Positions 57,267-64,000 of a stretch of 64,000 bases of DNA are shown piece by piece. This DNA is from a virus. Lineage: Duplodnaviria; Caudoviricetes. The position numbers were made by a program, and so were the translations under genes. Position 1 is the stretch's first letter, and every line of letters starts with the position of its first letter. Under the pieces are notes generated by a model. That model was not told where the DNA came from. It saw only the letters and a list, made by a program, of their open reading frames with translations, and did no database searches. The stretch lies in IMG/VR virus record IMGVR_UViG_3300037067_008306, positions 977-64,976 of that record, one strand, 5' to 3'.

Positions 57267-57364
57267 CTCATGAATTTAGTTTTACTCAGACTGAAATATG
57301 GGAAATGGATTGGATAGAAACTTTATTTTGGTATTCTGGAATAGAATGGATGGCAGAAAAGTAA
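57218..57364 (+). other. -1 programmed frameshift site T TTT TTC and chaperone extension (GpE'/GT-like)
   Basis: slippery heptamer at 57218-57224; the -1 frame reads FRAIPANWEQYIWFIAHEFSFTQTEIWEMDW...AEK* and stops 1 nt before the TMP ATG. Confidence 0.8.
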
Positions 57365-58933
57365 ATGGCAGATAATCGGCAATTTGTACTCAGTGCAATA
57401 GTTCAGGTTTTGGATAAAGCTACTGGTCCCCTTCAGAAGATTGGAAGGGGCTTTGGAACTGCATCCCTACAACTGGACAGAACTGCTAATAGACTTAATG
57501 CTATATCAGAAAGAACAAAGAAGATGGGAGATTCTTTTTCCAGTGCTGGGAGAACATTAACAACGGGAATTACCCTTCCTATTATCGGGGCCGGAATAGC
57601 TGCTTTGAAAACCTTTGGTGATTTTGAAATGATGACTGCTAACTTTACTACTATGTTTCAGGGAAATGAAAAAGCAGCCAAGGGGTTTTTAAAAACCATT
57701 GAAGACTATGCTAATGTAACCCCATATACTACTCGTGGACTTGCTAAGAATGCTCAGACTATGTTACAGTTTGGGATAAGTTCTGAAAAGGTAATGCCTA
57801 TATTAAAACAATTAGGAGATATTGCCGGGGGTAATACAGAAAGAATGGATGCCCTTGCTCTGGCTTTTTCTCAGGTATCTTCCGCGGGAAGATTGCAGGG
57901 TCAGGATTTACTTCAGATGGTCAATGCCGGATTTAATCCTTTACAGATAATAAGCCAGAAGACTGGAAAGTCAATGGCTGAATTAAAAGATATAATGAGT
58001 AAAGGGGGCATCAGTGCTAATGCAGTAGCGGAAGCATTTAAACTTGCTACAGAGAAAGGTGGATTATTTTATAAGGGGGCTGAAAGAGGATCTAAAACTT
58101 TATATGGATTATTTTCTACTTTAAAGGATGAGGGTGAAAAATCTTTGAGAATGTTAGGAGAGTCTATAAAAGATTCTTTAAATCTTTCTGAAGAATTACC
58201 TAAGTTGGCAAAAAGAATATCTGAGGTGACAAAAAAAGTATCAGAATGGATAAAAGAAAATCCCGAATTGACTAAATTTCTTATAAAGTTTTTATTGATA
58301 TCTGCTACAGTCGGTCCGACTCTTTTAGTGTTTGGAAAATTGATGTCAACAGTTTCCGTAATTACTAAAGGATTTTCCATTGCTTCTAGAGGAGCGGGGG
58401 CCTTTTTAAAAGTACTGGGATTATTAGGAAAGACTAATATGACCTCAGTATTAGGAAAATTTTCTGCTCTTGGAAAAGTTCTTGGCCCGATTGGAATTGC
58501 AATAGGATTGTTTGAGGGAATGGATCTCATACTGGAATCCATTCAAAAGAAAATGGAAGCTATTCCCGGATTATTTGACGCTATCGGGCAGCATGCTGCT
58601 ATACTGACAGCAGGTATTCCTATATTGAGTCAATTCGGTTTTGGCTGGCAAATGAAAGCTAATCAGAATGCTAAGGCACGATCTAAAATTACAGCCGATC
58701 AGAAAAAGGAAATTGAAAAGCTTGCTAATGATATTATAAAAACATCCAGTGATCCGGAAAAAATAAAAAGGGCTCAGGAAATACTCAAATCTTCTCAAAC
58801 AGAGATTACAATAAAAGTACAGGCTGAAGAAGGTACATCAGCTAATGTGGATAAGATTAAATCAAAAGGAAATACAAAACCTAAAGTCAGTTATGAAGGT
58901 TATACTGGAAATATATATTTATACGGAAACTAA
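57365..58933 (+). CDS. tape measure protein
   Basis: tape-measure domain (ANVTPY..., FSQVSSAGRLQGQDLLQMVNAG), TM-like segments. Confidence 0.9.
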   Translation: MADNRQFVLSAIVQVLDKATGPLQKIGRGFGTASLQLDRTANRLNAISERTKKMGDSFSSAGRTLTTGITLPIIGAGIAALKTFGDFEMMTANFTTMFQGNEKAAKGFLKTIEDYANVTPYTTRGLAKNAQTMLQFGISSEKVMPILKQLGDIAGGNTERMDALALAFSQVSSAGRLQGQDLLQMVNAGFNPLQIISQKTGKSMAELKDIMSKGGISANAVAEAFKLATEKGGLFYKGAERGSKTLYGLFSTLKDEGEKSLRMLGESIKDSLNLSEELPKLAKRISEVTKKVSEWIKENPELTKFLIKFLLISATVGPTLLVFGKLMSTVSVITKGFSIASRGAGAFLKVLGLLGKTNMTSVLGKFSALGKVLGPIGIAIGLFEGMDLILESIQKKMEAIPGLFDAIGQHAAILTAGIPILSQFGFGWQMKANQNAKARSKITADQKKEIEKLANDIIKTSSDPEKIKRAQEILKSSQTEITIKVQAEEGTSANVDKIKSKGNTKPKVSYEGYTGNIYLYGN

Positions 58934-58936
58934 TAT

Positions 58937-60358
58937 ATGAGCTGGAGAGATAGATTACAATGGGCTTCGCAGGGAAAAGGAAAAGCTTCTTTTCGGGGAG
59001 CTTCTTTCTTTATTGAATCCAGCGAGATCGGTGTTGGCCGACAAATTGAAATGCATGGTATTTTTCAGGATAAGAAAGAAGGTGGAACAACTGAAATTGA
59101 TTCCCTGATGGGTGTTTCCGGAAATACTAAAAAAGGAAAAAAGAATATAGGTGGAATTTATGCTGAAGACCTCGGCCCGGATGCTGATGAATTTATTGTA
59201 ATAGGATATGTAGTTCAAAATACAGAAAATGGGTTGGATCATTTTCCCGAAAGAGATGCTTTAATTTCTGCGCTTAAGACCTGGGGGCCGGGGGAATTAG
59301 TTCATCCTTCTTATGGGAAAATAAAAGTTTCCTTATCTGAGAAAGCAAGAATAACAGAAAGTTTTAAAAATGATCTTGGTATTGCCCGGTTTGAAATGAC
59401 TTTTGTTCAATACTTTAAATCTATTTTTAAAACCCAAACACCGGATTATAAACAAAAGATAGATACTTCAGTATTAGGTACGGTTAATGCAGCGCTGGAT
59501 GGATTTACAGACAAGATGAGAACAGCCGGAGCCTTTCTAAATACTCTTGTTAATCCTATGATAAATACAATATCAAAAATTCAAACTGCGGTAGCTTCCG
59601 TTCAGGGGGCTCTTGCTTCTACTATCAATGCAGCACTCAGCACAATAAGTTCTATTCTTAATCTGGCAGATACTTTACTGGATGCCCCCTGTGACTTAGC
59701 TAACCAGCTGATAGCAGCCGGGCAGGCAGCTCAGTCTTTAGTCGGCATGGCCGGAGAAGTAGTGTCAGGGGGAATAGTAGGCGGATGCAGTGGAGAGACT
59801 CGCGGGGATATTATAACAATGTCCGGGGATAATGTATCAGAAAACCTGGGAATTTCTATTTGTAAGAATTTAACGGAAGCTGCTCAGTATGATACAGACG
59901 ACCTGGAAGGGGTTCCCGTAGAGCAGCAGAATAATTTATCTTTAATTGCCACTATATCTCAGGTGGGGATGATAACAACAGCTGCTCAAATAGCAATCAG
60001 GATTTTATTCAGCAATCAGGAAGACATGGAAAAAGTTTTAAAATATATTACTGATGCTATGGATTATTTATTACTGAGGCTAGGGTCTGTTAATGGTGAG
60101 ATTGATGATCCTTTATTGTTCCAGAAATTATCCCAGCTGAGAAGTGATTTTATTTTTTCTATGTATAAGAAGAATACAGACCTTGCTAAGCAGATTGATT
60201 ATACAGTGCCTTCAGGAATTAAATCAACTTTAGTATTGGCTTATGAACAATACGGAGATATTGAAAGAGAAGAAGAGGTTTTTCAGCGTAATAAAGAAAT
60301 AATAAAACACCCCGGATTCTTACCCGGTGGTGAAATATTGAGGGTATTAAGTGAGTAA
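58937..60358 (+). CDS. Mu gpN-like DNA circularisation/tail protein
   Basis: MSW...ASFRGASF, EDLG, GPGELVHP.YG, IKHPGFLP. Confidence 0.85.
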   Translation: MSWRDRLQWASQGKGKASFRGASFFIESSEIGVGRQIEMHGIFQDKKEGGTTEIDSLMGVSGNTKKGKKNIGGIYAEDLGPDADEFIVIGYVVQNTENGLDHFPERDALISALKTWGPGELVHPSYGKIKVSLSEKARITESFKNDLGIARFEMTFVQYFKSIFKTQTPDYKQKIDTSVLGTVNAALDGFTDKMRTAGAFLNTLVNPMINTISKIQTAVASVQGALASTINAALSTISSILNLADTLLDAPCDLANQLIAAGQAAQSLVGMAGEVVSGGIVGGCSGETRGDIITMSGDNVSENLGISICKNLTEAAQYDTDDLEGVPVEQQNNLSLIATISQVGMITTAAQIAIRILFSNQEDMEKVLKYITDAMDYLLLRLGSVNGEIDDPLLFQKLSQLRSDFIFSMYKKNTDLAKQIDYTVPSGIKSTLVLAYEQYGDIEREEEVFQRNKEIIKHPGFLPGGEILRVLSE

Positions 60359-61400
60359 TTTTTCATTAAATATAGGCGGGGTATCTTATTCCGGATTTGA
60401 GACGATTGATATTTATAAATCAATGCTCATAGGCGCGGGAACTCTTGTAGTGTCCCTGAGCAACTATAAAGAATTATCCAGTGTAAAGATTGGGGATTCT
60501 ATTGTAGCAGAGATTGACGGACAGAAAGTCCTGACCGGAATAATAGATAAGATGCCTGTTATGTATGGAAAAAATTATAATCGAATGGATATTGGGGCAA
60601 GAGATAAGACCTGTGATCTGGTAGATTGCAGTTTTAATTTTGTTCCTAATGAATGGAAGAAGCAGACAGTTGAAAATATTATAAAAAATTTATGTAATCC
60701 TTTTTCTGTTTCCGTATCTGTTGAGGATATAGTAAGAGCGGAAACTAATATTAAGATTGATACTTATAAAGCGAATGAAGGGCAGTCTGTATTTGAAGAC
60801 ATTGCTGAACTGTGCCGGGATTATGCTATTCTCCCGGTTGTATATGGGGATGGGAAAATAACCCTTACTAAGGTAACAAGTAACAGGTCATCTAATGATG
60901 GTATTATACAGGGAGTAAATGTAGAAGCCTGTTATTCTATGAATGATAATGAAAACAGGTATTCTGATTATATAATAAAAGGTCAGGGAATTGGTAATGA
61001 TAATAAAGAATTAAATGATTATATTTCATGCTCTGGAAAGTTTTCTGACCCTGTAATATCCAGAGTTCGCCCGATGATAATATTTGCTGACCTTCCTACT
61101 ACTCTAGGGGGGTGTCAGAAGCGCGCTAAATGGGAAGCAAGAATACATGCTGGGTTATCTAGAGCAATTGAATACCAGATTCCGGGATGGGTTCAGTCAA
61201 ATAATAAAATATGGGAAATAAATTCTCTTGTTCCCGTACAGGATTCTAATTTAAAAGAAGATGCTACAAAATTGGTACTCAGTATTCGTTATCATTTTGA
61301 AAGAAGCACGGGAGAGATTTCTAAAATAACAGTTGTTGATAAGGATACTTTTAATTTAAGCAGTAATGTTATAAATATAAAATCAGGATATGATGACTAA
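60351..61400 (+). CDS. baseplate hub (Mu gpP/gp44-like)
   Basis: GARDKTCDLVDCS, RYSDYII.GQ, RAKWEAR, WEINSLV. Confidence 0.9.
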   Translation: MSNFSLNIGGVSYSGFETIDIYKSMLIGAGTLVVSLSNYKELSSVKIGDSIVAEIDGQKVLTGIIDKMPVMYGKNYNRMDIGARDKTCDLVDCSFNFVPNEWKKQTVENIIKNLCNPFSVSVSVEDIVRAETNIKIDTYKANEGQSVFEDIAELCRDYAILPVVYGDGKITLTKVTSNRSSNDGIIQGVNVEACYSMNDNENRYSDYIIKGQGIGNDNKELNDYISCSGKFSDPVISRVRPMIIFADLPTTLGGCQKRAKWEARIHAGLSRAIEYQIPGWVQSNNKIWEINSLVPVQDSNLKEDATKLVLSIRYHFERSTGEISKITVVDKDTFNLSSNVINIKSGYDD

Positions 61401-61833
61401 AGATATTTACAGGCTAATAGATTCTATTAAAAGAAAAATATTTCTTCTTATCGGAAGAGCTATATTAACAGCAATAGATAATTCCGGGAAGACTATGACT
61501 GTTCAGGTAACCGGGTTAAAAGATGAAACAATTACTGGGATAGAAAGATTTCAGGAATATGGATTTGAAAGTTATCCTAAAATAGGAACGGCAGAATGTG
61601 TTATCGGATTTATAAATGGAAACAGGGAACATGGAATTGTTTTATGTATACATGACCGGGAATATAGGCCTCTTGATCTGGAATCCGGAGATACAAGACA
61701 ATATGATTATCGCGGAAATAAAATAACATGTAAAAGTACGGGAATAGAGATTGAATGTCTGAATGGAAATAAAATTGAAATGATTTCCGGGGAAGTAAAA
61801 GTAAATGGTACTAATCTTGAGGTATTATTATGA
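61390..61833 (+). CDS. baseplate spike (Mu gp45-like)
   Basis: ERFQEYGFES.P, GNREHG...DREYRP. Confidence 0.9.
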   Translation: MMTKDIYRLIDSIKRKIFLLIGRAILTAIDNSGKTMTVQVTGLKDETITGIERFQEYGFESYPKIGTAECVIGFINGNREHGIVLCIHDREYRPLDLESGDTRQYDYRGNKITCKSTGIEIECLNGNKIEMISGEVKVNGTNLEVLL

Positions 61834-62201
61834 GTCTTGAAATAGTAAATGAGGATTTTACTATGACCATAACACCAAATGGGGCATGGGTTCCGGCTAA
61901 TCCTGTTTATACTATGTTCAAAGCTACTAAGCTAAAAGTGAATACAAAGTTTGCTTTAATATGGCATTTACTTTGGGATATAACTGGATGTGTTCTGGCT
62001 GGATATACTCATGTAAGTGGAGCAGGGGTAATATTTCCTACCGGAACAAAATGTTTTACTAATAGTGATAATCCATTACGCAGAACAGATTCGGGACAAT
62101 GTTCCGGAACATTTACTAAAAATTCTGATGGTTCTATTTTAAATTGTAGTTGTGGATATGAAATAACAAATGCCGGACAAGATAAAGCAAGGTGTGAATA
62201 A
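61830..62201 (+). CDS. possible spike-tip (PAAR-like) protein
   Basis: follows the spike; Cys-rich, ends in C.C.YEITNAGQDK. Confidence 0.5.
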   Translation: MSLEIVNEDFTMTITPNGAWVPANPVYTMFKATKLKVNTKFALIWHLLWDITGCVLAGYTHVSGAGVIFPTGTKCFTNSDNPLRRTDSGQCSGTFTKNSDGSILNCSCGYEITNAGQDKARCE

Positions 62202-62689
62202 TGGCTGAAGATATTAAGATACAGTGGAATGAAACTTTTAATGAAGGTGATATAAAGTTCAGTGGCGGGGATCTTATCCGGGAACTAGGACTGAGAACTG
62301 CTGTAATGATGTCTATGTATACGGACAGGCGTGCTGATCCCAGTGATGTTCTTCCTGATTCTTTGAATAATGATCGCCGGGGATGGTGGGGGGATCAGAT
62401 CAATTTAGATTATGAAGATGATCAGATCGGGAGCAGATTATGGTTACTGGAAAGAGCTAAGACTACGGAACAAACATTAGCAGATGCTAAATTTTATACT
62501 GAAGAATGTTTACAATGGATGATAGATGATGAAGTTGTTCAGGATATTGAAGTGGAAATAGAAAGACAAAACAGGAAAGATGGAACAGCAACACTAGCAG
62601 GCAGGATAAGTATAAAACAGTCGGATGGAACAAATAAAGCTTTTAAGTTTGATGATCTTTGGAAAGCAGAAATACTGGAGGCGGCTTAA
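62201..62689 (+). CDS. baseplate wedge protein (Mu gp46-like)
   Basis: LRTAVMMSMYTDRRA, RRGWWGD, GSRLWLLER. Confidence 0.9.
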   Translation: MAEDIKIQWNETFNEGDIKFSGGDLIRELGLRTAVMMSMYTDRRADPSDVLPDSLNNDRRGWWGDQINLDYEDDQIGSRLWLLERAKTTEQTLADAKFYTEECLQWMIDDEVVQDIEVEIERQNRKDGTATLAGRISIKQSDGTNKAFKFDDLWKAEILEAA

Positions 62690-63792
62690 TGGCTTGGGAA
62701 AGACAAACATTAACGGAAATAATATCTCAAATAAAAGCTGATATAGTTTCTCGTATAACCGGGGCAACTACATTATTAAGAAGATCAATATTAACAATAA
62801 TAAGTTATGCTCTCGGTGGGGCTGTTCATCTTCTTTACGGAAATATAGAATATAATAAAGCTCAATTATTTATGTCTACAGCGGATTCTGAGTCATTGGA
62901 AAAACATACTAATGAATATGGAATAAGCAGAACAGCAGCGGTAAAAGCTACTTGTGCAAGTGTAACAGCAACCGGGACAGATGGAACAGTAATTCCTAAA
63001 TATAGTGAACTTCAAAGTGCAACCGGGCAGGTATATTTAACTGATGATGCTGGAATAATAGCTGGGGGATTATCCGTATTGAGTATTACAGCAAAAGTAG
63101 CTGGGGAAGATGGGAATGATGATCCGGGAATTTCTTTGACTTTTGTTTCTCCTATAAGTGGAGTGAATACAACAGCTACAGTAGGAAGTGCCGGAATAGA
63201 TGGGGGATCTGATGAAGAGGATGATGAGTCCTTACGCGCACGCGGGCTTACGAGAAAAAGGTATCCTCCGCATGGCGGAGCTGACTTTGATTATGAAGCA
63301 TGGATGAGGGAAGTTGCCGGAGTTACAAGAGCATGGTGCATTCCTAAATATCAGGGGTTGGGAACTGTAGGATGTGCTTTTGTCCGGGATGGTGATGATA
63401 ATATAATCCCATCAGACGCGGAAATGCTAACAGTAAAAAATTACCTAATAAGTCATACTGATCCTATAACCGGAAAGACAATAGGTATTCCCGTGGATGC
63501 CATTGATGGACTGTACATGATTACATTAGCTAATAAGGCAATAAATTTTACTATAGGTTTATCTCCTAATGATGGTGATACTCAGGCTGAAGTACTAAGC
63601 CAGTTGCAGGATTTAATCAGTGTTGACGGAGGACCTGAGCAGACTATCAGGCTTTCCCGGATAAGGGCTGCAATCAGTGCGGCAGTAGGTGAGGAGTTTC
63701 ATAATTTAGTATATCCTACATCTGATGATACCGCAGCGGCAAATCAGATTCATGTTTTAGGTTCAATTACTTTTCAGGAGTATAGCGGATAA
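62689..63792 (+). CDS. baseplate J-like protein (Mu gp47-like; start corrected to MAWERQ)
   Basis: QLFMSTAD, GG.DEE.DE.LR.R, PPHGGA..DY..W..EVAGV.RAW. Confidence 0.9.
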   Translation: MAWERQTLTEIISQIKADIVSRITGATTLLRRSILTIISYALGGAVHLLYGNIEYNKAQLFMSTADSESLEKHTNEYGISRTAAVKATCASVTATGTDGTVIPKYSELQSATGQVYLTDDAGIIAGGLSVLSITAKVAGEDGNDDPGISLTFVSPISGVNTTATVGSAGIDGGSDEEDDESLRARGLTRKRYPPHGGADFDYEAWMREVAGVTRAWCIPKYQGLGTVGCAFVRDGDDNIIPSDAEMLTVKNYLISHTDPITGKTIGIPVDAIDGLYMITLANKAINFTIGLSPNDGDTQAEVLSQLQDLISVDGGPEQTIRLSRIRAAISAAVGEEFHNLVYPTSDDTAAANQIHVLGSITFQEYSG

Positions 63793-63797
63793 AATAT

Positions 63798-64000
63798 ATG
63801 CCTAAAAGTTATGTAGATTATAGAAAGCTTTTGCAATCTCTTTTACCGCGCGGAAAGTTCTGGACACGGGATGAAAACGCAGACCTTACAAAATTATTAA
63901 ATGGTCTGGGAGAAGAATTAAGCCGGGTGGAAGGAAGGGCAGAAGATTTAATTGAGGAAGCTTTTCCAACCCGGATACAGGAAACTTTTGAGGAATGGGA
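63798..64000 (+). CDS. DUF2313 (Mu gp48-like) baseplate protein, truncated by the window edge
   Basis: MPKSYVDYRKLLQSLLPRGKFW...ELSRVEGRA..LIEE..P...EEW. Confidence 0.8.
   Translation, partial: MPKSYVDYRKLLQSLLPRGKFWTRDENADLTKLLNGLGEELSRVEGRAEDLIEEAFPTRIQETFEEW

Noticed and set aside
13375-62689. Several ORF-track starts (14397, 16464, 29449, 40565, 54808, 62659)
   Set aside because: They overlap upstream genes and lack SDs; downstream ATGs with SD or coupling fit the family N-termini better.
1-64000. tRNA genes, reverse transcriptase/DGR, or stop-codon reassignment
   Set aside because: No cloverleaf or RT motifs were recognised, and ORFs tile densely under the standard code.

Overview
This is a 64 kb piece of an AT-rich (roughly 35% GC by eye) tailed dsDNA phage genome with two divergent arms. 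The left end (124-812, +) is probably the end of the late/lysis operon. The minus-strand arm (814-39802) appears complete. It carries a pseudaminic-acid-like nonulosonic acid biosynthesis cluster ending in a Maf-type glycosyltransferase-TPR gene, and recombination genes (split SbcC, SbcD, resolvase, RecA, gp32-like SSB, UvsY-like). It also carries a replisome (clamp loader, UDG-PolA fusion, beta clamp, DnaB, primase, initiator, SF2 helicase) and a sigma-like factor. Co-transcribed with the polymerase is a candidate DNA-hypermodification block: a PLP enzyme, two radical SAM enzymes, a DUF2156-like aminoacyl-transferase domain and two N4/N6 methyltransferases. The plus-strand arm (40171-64000) encodes the terminase, an HK97-type head and a Mu-like contractile tail and baseplate, truncated at the window edge. 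CCGG is strongly over-represented (hand counts of about 6-10 per kb in sampled windows versus about 1 per kb expected). The best leads are (1) a base-modification pathway that lacks the known 5hmdU enzymes, possibly linked to the CCGG bias, and (2) a phage-encoded nonulosonic acid plus Maf glycosylation system. All family assignments are from motif recognition by eye, and no database searches were run.
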